Part shown: one piece after another, positions 51,753 through 60,268 of the stretch
Position numbering within the stretch: position 1 is the stretch's first letter
Layout: each line of letters starts with the position of its first letter
IMG/VR virus record: IMGVR_UViG_2718218133_000001
DNA: 64,000 bases
DNA from: a virus
Taxonomy: Duplodnaviria > Heunggongvirae > Uroviricota > Caudoviricetes
Strand: one strand, 5' to 3'
Notes under the pieces: model-generated
What the model saw: only the letters and a program-made list of their open reading frames with translations
Database searches by the model: none
What the model was told of the DNA's origin: nothing
Program-made: the position numbers and the translations under genes

Positions 51753-51771
51753 AAACGTTGGTTTGGGGGAA
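51746..51771 (+). repeat. invertase crossover site 2
   Basis: Same core aaaacg-TT-ggtttgggggaa. Confidence 0.55.
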
Positions 51772-52260
51772 GGCTCTGCATTGCCTGTTGGCGTACCTGT
51801 TCCGTGGCCATCAGCCACACCTCCAACGGGGTGGCTGAAATGCAATGGTGCAGCATTTTCTTCTGAAAAGTACCCAAATCTGGCAAAGGCTTATCCCACC
51901 AATAAATTACCGGATTTACGGGGAGAATTTATTCGTGGCTGGGATGATGGGCGTGGCATTGATCCTAGACGTGCCTTGCTAAGTCTTCAGAATGGAGGAG
52001 TGGAATCACACACCCACCAAGGGCAGCTCTTCAGAGTTAGTGATTATCGTACAAATGAAATACCAGCATCAGAAGTTATGGGAAGAAACTATCTTGCAAG
52101 CCTGACGCCGGGTGCTAATAGCCCACTTGATTTTGATGATTATCCTGTAGCTCTTATTCCAAATGGATATTTTGTCGGGAATCAGAGAACAACAGCATAT
52201 GGGATAAATGAAACCCGTCCACGGAATATTGCATTTAATTACATCGTAAGGGCGGCATAA
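51763..52260 (+). CDS. tail-fibre variable cassette 2 (promoterless 3' gene segment)
   Basis: Starts in-frame inside the crossover site with no ATG; conserved N- and C-terminal modules, unique middle. Confidence 0.6.
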   Translation: MGEGSALPVGVPVPWPSATPPTGWLKCNGAAFSSEKYPNLAKAYPTNKLPDLRGEFIRGWDDGRGIDPRRALLSLQNGGVESHTHQGQLFRVSDYRTNEIPASEVMGRNYLASLTPGANSPLDFDDYPVALIPNGYFVGNQRTTAYGINETRPRNIAFNYIVRAA

Positions 52261-52279
52261 AAACGTTGGTTTGGGGGAA
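52254..52279 (+). repeat. invertase crossover site 3
   Basis: Same core. Confidence 0.55.
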
Positions 52280-52699
52280 GGCTCTGCACTGCCTGTTGGT
52301 GTGCCCGTTCCGTGGCCCTTAGAAACACCACCAACGGGCTGGCTAAAATGTAACGGAGCAGCATTTTCTTCTGAAATGTATCCCAAACTGGCAAAAGCCT
52401 ACCCCACCAATAAATTACCGGATTTACGCGGTGAATTTATCCGTGGCTGGGATGATGGGCGCGGGATTGATGCGGGACGTACCCTGCTTTCAGGGCAGGA
52501 TGGTACAAGTTTTTCTCATTACGGAGGTAATTTCGACATTGGGTCTGGTCATTCAATCAATAACTATGACCAAATTGTTTCTAACCAACCAGGATTTTCC
52601 CGTTTTTCATTTGCAGGGCCTTCACGAGGTGATGGGGTTAATTATGTAACCATTCGTCCTCGTAACATTGCGTTTAATTATATCGTAAGGGCGGCATGA
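52271..52699 (+). CDS. tail-fibre variable cassette 3
   Basis: As cassette 2; different central segment. Confidence 0.6.
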   Translation: MGEGSALPVGVPVPWPLETPPTGWLKCNGAAFSSEMYPKLAKAYPTNKLPDLRGEFIRGWDDGRGIDAGRTLLSGQDGTSFSHYGGNFDIGSGHSINNYDQIVSNQPGFSRFSFAGPSRGDGVNYVTIRPRNIAFNYIVRAA

Positions 52700-52718
52700 A
52701 AACGTTGGTTTGGGAGAA
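52693..52718 (+). repeat. invertase crossover site 4 (variant half-site GGTTTGGGAGAA)
   Basis: Same core with one substitution. Confidence 0.5.
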
Positions 52719-53207
52719 GGCTCTGCATTACCTGTTGGTGTCCCTGTTCCGTGGCCTTCAGCCACTCCGCCAACAGGCTGGCTGAAATGCAACGGTGCGG
52801 CTTTTTCTGCTGAAGAATACCCGGAACTGGCAAAGGCTTACCCGACAAATAAATTGCCTGATTTACGTGGTGAGTTCATTCGTGGCTGGGATGACGGGCG
52901 CGGGATTGATCCAGGTCGCTCTATTTTAAGCGAGCAAGGATATGCAACGGAGGATCATGCTCACGGATTACCGTCAAAATCAACCGTAGCAACTGACAGC
53001 TCAATTAATTTCTACTTTGACGAGGCATGGGCTACTAGTGGTAATACGGGAGTTATCAGATGGGGGAACACAAGCGATGCAGGATTGCCAGCCCCTAATT
53101 ATGGAACTTTTAAAACATATAAACAGTCCGTAGCTAATTTAGGTACTGCTGGCTTAGAAACCCGCCCTCGTAATATTGCATTTAATTATATTGTGAGGGC
53201 GGATTAA
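52710..53207 (+). CDS. tail-fibre variable cassette 4
   Basis: As cassette 2; different central segment. Confidence 0.6.
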   Translation: MGEGSALPVGVPVPWPSATPPTGWLKCNGAAFSAEEYPELAKAYPTNKLPDLRGEFIRGWDDGRGIDPGRSILSEQGYATEDHAHGLPSKSTVATDSSINFYFDEAWATSGNTGVIRWGNTSDAGLPAPNYGTFKTYKQSVANLGTAGLETRPRNIAFNYIVRAD

Positions 53208-53212
53208 TTATA

Positions 53213-53824
53213 TCAACTGGCTGTAGAAAGTTGTTTTTCAGGCCAGTTGAGATCTGGTGCCGTGGTTAAATCCATCGCGTTCAGCTCGTCTATATAATCT
53301 AGCACGGAGTTAAGCTGCGTGGTTTCTGCCTGCGTCAACTTCCGTCCAGCCCGTAATTTCAACTGAATCAGACTAATGGAATCCATCGCAGTATCAATCA
53401 ATGACTGACGTTTTGTTTCTGCTGCCTCTACAGCTGCACTATGTTGAGCCTCAGTATCAACCACCCATTTCTCTCCATCCCATTTGTCGTATGGTGTTAG
53501 CGGGGCGATAGTGGTTGTATTTTCCGGATAGTCACCCAACACCGTGATTTCTTCGGGATTCCCTGTGTCAATGCTATAGACAGTTTCGCCACGATGATCT
53601 GGCACATACTCCCATGAACTTAAATCCTCTGAACGGAGAATCGCATAACCTGCTTTATGTGAGCCTGGAGCATCCAAACAAGAATGTGCCGGAATACCAA
53701 CGCCAACAGCAAGATATTCAGTTGATGCAGAAATATATTCCCGATTACCACCATCATAGTTATAAACGATAATGTTTCCTGCCTGTATGGCTATAAGTTC
53801 GCTATTTAATATCGCATTATCCAT
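53213..53824 (-). CDS. U: tail fibre assembly protein (U-like)
   Basis: 203-aa ORF whose ATG overlaps the cassette 5 stop (TAATG coupling); Tfa-like composition. Confidence 0.7.
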   Translation of the reverse strand: MDNAILNSELIAIQAGNIIVYNYDGGNREYISASTEYLAVGVGIPAHSCLDAPGSHKAGYAILRSEDLSSWEYVPDHRGETVYSIDTGNPEEITVLGDYPENTTTIAPLTPYDKWDGEKWVVDTEAQHSAAVEAAETKRQSLIDTAMDSISLIQLKLRAGRKLTQAETTQLNSVLDYIDELNAMDLTTAPDLNWPEKQLSTAS

Positions 53825-54282
53825 TATGCTGCTCTCACAATATAATTGAAGGCAATGTTACGTGGGCGGGTTTCATTCCCCCCAGATAACTCCGTTCTGT
53901 ATTGACTGGTAAATTTACCATTAATCGCTCCTTCTTGGACGGCGTTATCTGTCGACAACAGGCTATCCCCCCCTCTGTCATTTGGCACCAATACCGTGTT
54001 ATCCCACGCGTCCCATGACCGAATATTATGATAATGACTTCCTGTTAACCACCCCTGTATGCTTAAGATGACCCTTCCCGCATCCACACCTCGCCCATCA
54101 TCCCAACCACGGATAAACTCACCGCGTAAATCAGGTAATTTTAACGTTGGGTAAACCTTTGCCAGATTTGGGTACTTTTCAGAAGAAAATGCTGCGCCAT
54201 TGCATTTCAGCCACCCCGTTGGAGGTGTGGCTGATGGCCACGGAACGGGCACGCCAACGGGCAGTGCAGAGCCTTCCCCCAA
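53824..54282 (-). CDS. tail-fibre variable cassette 5 (minus orientation, coupled to U)
   Basis: Same conserved N- and C-terminal modules on the minus strand, starting inside crossover site 5. Confidence 0.6.
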   Translation of the reverse strand: MGEGSALPVGVPVPWPSATPPTGWLKCNGAAFSSEKYPNLAKVYPTLKLPDLRGEFIRGWDDGRGVDAGRVILSIQGWLTGSHYHNIRSWDAWDNTVLVPNDRGGDSLLSTDNAVQEGAINGKFTSQYRTELSGGNETRPRNIAFNYIVRAA

Positions 54283-54299
54283 ACCAACGTTTTATGCCG
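54274..54299 (-). repeat. invertase crossover site 5 (inverted orientation)
   Basis: Reverse complement of the core: ttcccccaaacc-AA-cgtttt. Confidence 0.55.
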
Positions 54300-54717
54300 C
54301 CCTTACGATGTAATTAAATGCAATGTTACGAGGACGATGGTTACATATTACGACCATCAATCGTGAATGTCCAGTATAATGAAAAACTCAATAATTCCGT
54401 CTTAGGCTGTAGATAATACTTGTCATAGTTATGATTGAATGACCAGACTCAATGTCGAAATTACCTCCGTAAAGAAAACAATATGTCTGATCCTGCCATT
54501 CTGAATAGCAGTACGTCCAGATCAATCCCCGCCCATCATCCCAGCCGCGATAAATTCACCCGTAAATCCGGTAATTTATTGTGGGTAGCCTTTGCCAGTT
54601 TGGGATACTTTCAGAAGAAAATGCTGCACCGTTGCATTTCAGCCACCCCGTTGGAGGTGTGGCTGATGGCCACGGAACGGGCACGCCAACAGGCAGTGCA
54701 GAGCCTTCCCCCAAACC
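54300..54717 (-). pseudogene. degenerate variable cassette currently joined to the S constant region
   Basis: Paralogue of cassette 3 with multiple single-base deletions; reading frame from the constant part stops at 54556 after ..AAFSSE-SIPNWQRLPTINYRIYG. Confidence 0.55.
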
Positions 54718-57135
54718 AAGGTAATTAAGAACGCTCTGAATACTGGGCTTACTAAGAATTGCACGTCCAACACTTGTCAGTGCAGTTAACGCGGCACGAT
54801 CAACCCCTGTGAAATAAGGGAGTTTATCTGCTGCGGTAGCTAGTGCCGCTAGAGCAGTGAGCGTAGCGTCTGCCGCTTGCTTTCCATTAGCCAAATCATA
54901 TGCAGCCTTGACAGCTTTCGGTGTAGCGGCCAGCACTTCAGACGTGCTGTTAGTGGCACTACTGAGCTGAGTGATGCCTTTCGCTGTCAATGAAGCTGTT
55001 GGCACACCAGTAATCTGATTCCAGGGATGTGTATGACTGGATGGTGCTTTTTCGGCTGCTAGATCGTATGCAGCTTTAACCGCTTTTGGCGTTGCAGCTA
55101 ATGTTTCAGAAGTGCTGTTGGTGTCGCTACTGAGCTGAACTATCCCTTTTTGTGTCGTGGTTGCATCCTGGGCTGTATACTTCCCGTTAGCCAGGTCATA
55201 TGCAGCCTTGACAGCTTTCGGTGTGGCGGCCAGCACTTCAGACGTGCTGTTAGTGGCACTACTGAGCTGAGTGATGCCTTTCGCTGTCAATGAAGCTGTT
55301 GGCACACCAGTGATCTGATTCCAGGGATGTGTATGACTGGATGGTGCCTTTCCGGCTGCTAGATCGTATGCAGCTTTAACCGCTTTTGGCGTTGCAGCTA
55401 ATGTTTCAGAAGTGCTGTTGGTGTCGCTACTGAGCTGAACTATCCCTTTTTGTGTCGTGGTTGCATCCTGGGCTGTATACTTCCCGTTAGCCAGGTCATA
55501 TGCAGCCTTGACAGCTTTCGGTGTGGCGGCCAGCACTTCAGACGTGCTGTTAGTGGCACTACTGAGCTGAGTGATGCCTTTCGCTGTCAATGAAGCTGTT
55601 GGCACACCAGTGATCTGATTCCAGGGATGTGTATGACTGGATGGTGCCTTTCCGGCTGCTAGATCGTATGCAGCTTTAACTGCTTTTGGCGTTGCAGCTA
55701 ATGTTTCAGAAGTGCTGTTGGTGTCGCTACTGAGCTGAACTATCCCTTTTTGTGTCGTGGTTGCATCCTGGGCTGTATACTTCCCGTTAGCCAGGTCATA
55801 TGCAGCCTTGACAGCTTTCGGTGTGGCGGCCAGCACTTCAGACGTGCTGTTAGTGGCACTACTGAGCTGAGTGATGCCTTTCGCTGTCAATGAAGCTGTT
55901 GGCACACCAGTGATCTGATTCCAGGGATGTGTATGACTGGATGGTGCCTTTCCGGCTGCTAGATCGTATGCAGCTTTAACCGCTTTTGGCGTTGCAGCTA
56001 ATGTTTCAGAAGTGCTGTTGGTGTCGCTACTGAGCTGAACTATCCCTTTTTGTGTCGTGGTTGCATCCTGGGCTGTATACTTCCCGTTAGCCAGGTCATA
56101 TGCAGCCTTGACAGCTTTCGGTGTGGCGGCCAGCACTTCAGACGTGCTGTTAGTGGCACTACTGAGCTGAGTGATGCCTTTCGCTGTCAATGAAGCTGTT
56201 GGCACACCAGTGATCTGATTCCAGGGATGTGTATGACTGGATGGTGCCTTTCCGGCTGCTAGATCGTATGCAGCTTTAACCGCTTTTGGCGTTGCAGCTA
56301 ATGTTTCAGAAGTGCTGTTGGTGTCGCTACTGAGCTGAACTATCCCTTTTTGTGTCGTGGTTGCATCCTGGGCCGTATACTTCCCGTTAGCCAGGTCATA
56401 TGCAGCCTTGACAGCTTTCGGTGTGGCGGCCAGCACTTCGGACGTGCTGTTAGTAGCACTGCTGAGCTGAACTAATCCCTTTTGCGTTGTGCTTGCATCC
56501 TGCGCCGTATACTTGCTTTTCGCCAGATCGTAGGCTTTTTTAACTGCCAGCGAACTTGCAGCGACATCACTTCTGGTACTGGTTACAGAGTCGGAAATTT
56601 CAATGCCTATCGTGAGATCGATGCGGTCGGATACATCTATCATTTCCTGAGTAATAGCAGATACGCCAGCAGGGATATTCACCGTACAAACAAGCAGTTC
56701 CCCATCTCCTAACTGATATGAATCGGTATAGGTTCTGGCAACAAATTCAGCTGCATGAATATGTGACGCGGTATTCACCTGATAGGTATCTTCTCCAAGA
56801 AGGTATCTTCCCTTCAGCACAATTGCATATTTCTTGCCTGCGTTAAGTGCAAGAGAGATATCCTTACGATGCTGAATAGTTACCTGGTAGAATTCACCAA
56901 TATCCACTGACGCCGCGCCAGCGGTTTTATCTCCATCCACTGAGGTGATTAACAGGTTCATCCCACCGCCAGGCTTAGGCAAGAAACCAGCATAAAATCC
57001 CGGGTCAACAATTCCCCTGAATTTTCGGTTTAGAGCGGCTGACAGATATGGTTCGTGGTATTGCACATCAGCCACCAGAGCCAACGACTCGGGTGATGGG
57101 TAAGTAACCGATGTAACAACTGTAACGTCATTCAT
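54556..57135 (-). CDS. S: tail fibre protein S, constant part plus fused degenerate cassette
   Basis: Likely start MNDVTVVTSV (the track ORF extends to 57222); about five 100-aa repeats with HTHPWNQITGVP motifs; ends in the crossover-site-encoded LGEGSALPVG. Confidence 0.8.
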   Translation of the reverse strand: MNDVTVVTSVTYPSPESLALVADVQYHEPYLSAALNRKFRGIVDPGFYAGFLPKPGGGMNLLITSVDGDKTAGAASVDIGEFYQVTIQHRKDISLALNAGKKYAIVLKGRYLLGEDTYQVNTASHIHAAEFVARTYTDSYQLGDGELLVCTVNIPAGVSAITQEMIDVSDRIDLTIGIEISDSVTSTRSDVAASSLAVKKAYDLAKSKYTAQDASTTQKGLVQLSSATNSTSEVLAATPKAVKAAYDLANGKYTAQDATTTQKGIVQLSSDTNSTSETLAATPKAVKAAYDLAAGKAPSSHTHPWNQITGVPTASLTAKGITQLSSATNSTSEVLAATPKAVKAAYDLANGKYTAQDATTTQKGIVQLSSDTNSTSETLAATPKAVKAAYDLAAGKAPSSHTHPWNQITGVPTASLTAKGITQLSSATNSTSEVLAATPKAVKAAYDLANGKYTAQDATTTQKGIVQLSSDTNSTSETLAATPKAVKAAYDLAAGKAPSSHTHPWNQITGVPTASLTAKGITQLSSATNSTSEVLAATPKAVKAAYDLANGKYTAQDATTTQKGIVQLSSDTNSTSETLAATPKAVKAAYDLAAGKAPSSHTHPWNQITGVPTASLTAKGITQLSSATNSTSEVLAATPKAVKAAYDLANGKYTAQDATTTQKGIVQLSSDTNSTSETLAATPKAVKAAYDLAAEKAPSSHTHPWNQITGVPTASLTAKGITQLSSATNSTSEVLAATPKAVKAAYDLANGKQAADATLTALAALATAADKLPYFTGVDRAALTALTSVGRAILSKPSIQSVLNYLGLGEGSALPVGVPVPWPSATPPTGWLKCNGAAFSSESIPNWQRLPTINYRIYG
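54706..54731 (-). repeat. invertase crossover site 6 at the 3' end of the S constant region
   Basis: ttcccccaaacc-AA-ggtaatta; left half-site differs from the cassette sites. Confidence 0.55.
54880..56470. repeat. tandem array of about 5.3 x 300-bp near-identical coding repeats inside S
   Basis: The 60-bp lines at 55201, 55501, 55801 and 56101 are identical or differ by a single base (the 55501 line has an extra T-to-C); the 54901 copy is slightly diverged. Confidence 0.85.
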
Positions 57136-57146
57136 CAAGCATATCC

Positions 57147-57581
57147 TTATGCTGTAGTCGAGTTTATGGCCATAACTGCGGTATATGTTTTGCCCACATA
57201 CAGCGAGTCTTCCTGGACACAAATAATGGCGATTGGCTTATTCTCGTTATCCAGAACAACCAGAGTGTTGAATGGGTAGTTTTTCCCTTCCTGCAACTGA
57301 CTTTGATCAAGGTCCATTCGGACAGTAATTATCCCGCCTGAGTAGGTTGGGACGAGGTTGATGGTGCAAAATTGACTGGTCAGTTCTGCCAGATCGAAAG
57401 CCTTTGGCAGTTCTCCAATCTCATAAGTGCCATCTCCTTTCTTAGTAACCAGTGAACTGGTACCGAAAACGGCCTTGCTGATTAAAAATCGAGAGCCTTT
57501 GTTAATGGACGATTCAGCGCGCCGCTGATAGTAATAGTCCAACAACTGACTCTTATAGAGGTTTGTTGAGACGTCAGACAT
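57147..57581 (-). CDS. tail-fibre-region protein (P1 R position)
   Basis: 144-aa ORF immediately upstream of S. Confidence 0.45.
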   Translation of the reverse strand: MSDVSTNLYKSQLLDYYYQRRAESSINKGSRFLISKAVFGTSSLVTKKGDGTYEIGELPKAFDLAELTSQFCTINLVPTYSGGIITVRMDLDQSQLQEGKNYPFNTLVVLDNENKPIAIICVQEDSLYVGKTYTAVMAINSTTA

Positions 57582-57631
57582 GATTTTCCCTAATCAATGT
57601 TGTGAAGCCTCATTGTAAGATAAGTAACTTG

Positions 57632-57656
57632 TCACCCCGCCCTGCGGACGGGGTGA
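57632..57656 (-). terminator. GC-rich hairpin (weak terminator-like)
   Basis: caccccgcc-ctgcg-gacggggtg; no strong U-run. Confidence 0.3.
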
Positions 57657-57659
57657 TTG

Positions 57660-58379
57660 TCACGCATCGCTATCCAACAGCAAATCATCTGCGCGGGTGC
57701 GATCAAACGTAGGCGTTGCTTTCACAATAGTGCCACCAGGCGTTGCGGTGATCGGGGCGCTAATCGACGTAACTCCAGTAAGCGAAGTTGTATCCGAAGT
57801 TTCAAACCAGCAGAATGCTTTTTCGGTATCAGAAATCTCGTTCAAAGTGATCATGTCGGCCTGTTCATTTACAACAACCGACAAATAGAGCGTAAGCCCA
57901 TCAAACACTATATGCAGTGGCAGTAGAGGCTTTACGAACTGATTAAACTTTCTGAGAATTTCTTCTGTAATTGCGGACTGATCTATCGTTCCAGTAATAC
58001 CCATTGTCCGGGCCAGGTCGTTTATGGGAATACTGATCATTCCTCTGGAAGTCAGAAACATCTCGCCGAATGTGCCGCCGGTGGTTTCCAGTGTGCTTTC
58101 TGGAATCAGGACCGTACCATAGGGATGACGTTCAAAGTCCACCGGAGCATATATGGGATCCCATAAAACCGATATACCGTTAAATTCGCGATAAATTGTC
58201 TGGTTTATAGGGCGTTCAGTGCCCTTAAAATGGATCTCATCAAACCGCTGTTGTAGCAACATCGGAACGGAAGATGAATTCGACGTTCTGATAGTAAAAA
58301 ACTGGCCAAGTTCATTTGTCCTGGTCTCCAGATCCTCCTTGCTCATGGAGAAAATAGACTTCCGGTTGGTAGTCAACAA
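57660..58379 (-). CDS. baseplate-region structural protein (P1 gene 16 position)
   Basis: 239-aa ORF in the tail/baseplate block. Confidence 0.4.
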   Translation of the reverse strand: MLTTNRKSIFSMSKEDLETRTNELGQFFTIRTSNSSSVPMLLQQRFDEIHFKGTERPINQTIYREFNGISVLWDPIYAPVDFERHPYGTVLIPESTLETTGGTFGEMFLTSRGMISIPINDLARTMGITGTIDQSAITEEILRKFNQFVKPLLPLHIVFDGLTLYLSVVVNEQADMITLNEISDTEKAFCWFETSDTTSLTGVTSISAPITATPGGTIVKATPTFDRTRADDLLLDSDA

Positions 58380-58478
58380 AGGTGTCCATCATTGACTGAA
58401 CCAAATCAGCCAATGATTTATAAAGTAATGACTTTTGCTTAGCTGATGTAAGCCGGTTATTAAACCAGGAACGCTGCA

Positions 58479-59912
58479 TCACTCCTCCTCATACGAAATA
58501 TTAAAGGTGGAGTTTTCTGTATCCAGATAAACGAAATCGTAAAAGCCGTTGGACTCATTCCACTCGACAAATTCCAGATAAAAGTCGCGGAAATAGCCCA
58601 GCGTTTCGATAAACGCCCAAACGTCTTTTTTCTTAATCAGGATGTACTTTCCGACGCGGTTCGGATCAAAGAAAGTTGAGTCGCGCCCAAATTTTGTTTC
58701 CAGTGCCGACTTCAGCTCATCGGTCACGTTCTCAATGGTCAGGCTTGCCGATATTCGCCCGGTGATGGTGATCTTAAAGGGTAGTTTTCTGACCTCTTTA
58801 TACGAAAATTTCTTGTTCAACTCATTCGGCACCTTCTTAAAAGCGGCCAGGATCATTTCCTCAAGCTCTGACTGACTTTTATTCGGATGCCATCCTGAAA
58901 TAAATATCTTATTGATATTCCGAACATTATAAGCACCATCTAATTTCTCTTGCTGGCCTTCGCCCCATGCCTTTACCCAGGACAGTCCCGGGATGTTACG
59001 CACCAGAAAATACGTATAGTCCCCGCCCCATACGACCTGATCATCATAGGCAAGGTAATATTGTGCACGATTACGTGTGATCTCCGTTGTTTCGGCATCG
59101 GTACCTGCGGTTATGGGTGTCGTTGTCTTAACTGAAATCAAATTAGCTAAATTAGCCGCAGAATCGACAGGCGTCAGATTTTGGCCAGCAACCAAGGTTA
59201 TATCTCCGTTGGTGCACCATACCTTAAGTGTAATGGTCGAGCCTTCTGGCGGTATTTGCCCAATTAGCCCATCACCGAATCGAACCCCCAACTGCTCGGA
59301 TGGTTTATAAAACTCAACGTAGACCTGGCTTTTACTACCGGCTAACCGGAACATAGTGCTGGAAGACCACTGCGTGGTCTTACCATCGGTCGTCACGAAT
59401 ACTTCCAGCTTATAGCAGACAGCAGTGAGAGCCTTTGATAACACGACTTCCAGAAATTCTTTGGCTGCCGTAACGGTATATGTCACCTCCTGGATTTCCA
59501 ACTGTGCCACTTCTACCGTACCGGTGCCGTCAACCAACCTGCATACATCCATAGTCATGTAAGGGTACTGGTCGTCAGATATTAAAGGCATATTTTTGGG
59601 GATTACCGCTGGGGCATCTTCACTTGTGGCGGTGATCTCAATCATCCCCGATGACGGTGTTGGCTTGGTACCAACGTAACTATTCGTTTCTGCCGCTGCC
59701 AGGATAGAGGAACGCCGCGTCGCGGTCGATATAAAGCCTTCAGCCAGCGCCGCATCGGCATACTGAAAGCACCTGTAGACAATCTGGGTAATAAACAATG
59801 TCAGCATCGAGACAAATTGAGAGCCGACAAACTTCGACCAGAATGAATCTTTCTCGACAAGCTCTTCAAACTCTGCACGAATACTGTCTTTAGTCGGTGT
59901 TGTTTTACTCAT
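58479..59912 (-). CDS. baseplate protein (BplA/gpJ-like)
   Basis: 477-aa ORF upstream of the gp25-like gene. Confidence 0.45.
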   Translation of the reverse strand: MSKTTPTKDSIRAEFEELVEKDSFWSKFVGSQFVSMLTLFITQIVYRCFQYADAALAEGFISTATRRSSILAAAETNSYVGTKPTPSSGMIEITATSEDAPAVIPKNMPLISDDQYPYMTMDVCRLVDGTGTVEVAQLEIQEVTYTVTAAKEFLEVVLSKALTAVCYKLEVFVTTDGKTTQWSSSTMFRLAGSKSQVYVEFYKPSEQLGVRFGDGLIGQIPPEGSTITLKVWCTNGDITLVAGQNLTPVDSAANLANLISVKTTTPITAGTDAETTEITRNRAQYYLAYDDQVVWGGDYTYFLVRNIPGLSWVKAWGEGQQEKLDGAYNVRNINKIFISGWHPNKSQSELEEMILAAFKKVPNELNKKFSYKEVRKLPFKITITGRISASLTIENVTDELKSALETKFGRDSTFFDPNRVGKYILIKKKDVWAFIETLGYFRDFYLEFVEWNESNGFYDFVYLDTENSTFNISYEEE

Positions 59913-60268
59913 AGCACCACGTCCTGTGTGATAGTTATATCCCTGATACGAATGGATATTTTCAACTTATCAAAAGCATCTCCCTCGGCTACTGACAAGC
60001 CAGAAATCGGTATGTCAGGTAAATCTACCGTCAGTTTTTGCAACAGCATTGCCTCAACCGCAATTTGAACATGCGACAAGTTGGTCGGTTCGTGTTTAAA
60101 CTGCGGTAAAACATTGCCCCATGACGGATCTCCGTATACCTCACCCTGATAAGTGTTTAGCCACTCATATAAACGAGCGCCCCAGGCCTCCTCCTGGGAC
60201 TCATACGTTTTTACGCCGGATAACTCCAGCGTCAGCAAAGGATCAATTTCGTTATTGTTGGCCATCAA
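59909..60268 (-). CDS. baseplate wedge protein (GPW/gp25-like)
   Basis: 119-aa ORF overlapping the sit stop. Confidence 0.45.
   Translation of the reverse strand: MMANNNEIDPLLTLELSGVKTYESQEEAWGARLYEWLNTYQGEVYGDPSWGNVLPQFKHEPTNLSHVQIAVEAMLLQKLTVDLPDIPISGLSVAEGDAFDKLKISIRIRDITITQDVVL

Noticed and set aside
54880-56470. Regular 300-bp tandem repeats that could look like a CRISPR array at first glance
   Set aside because: Period is 300 bp with no short repeat/spacer alternation, the whole array is in frame inside the tail-fibre ORF, and no cas genes are present.
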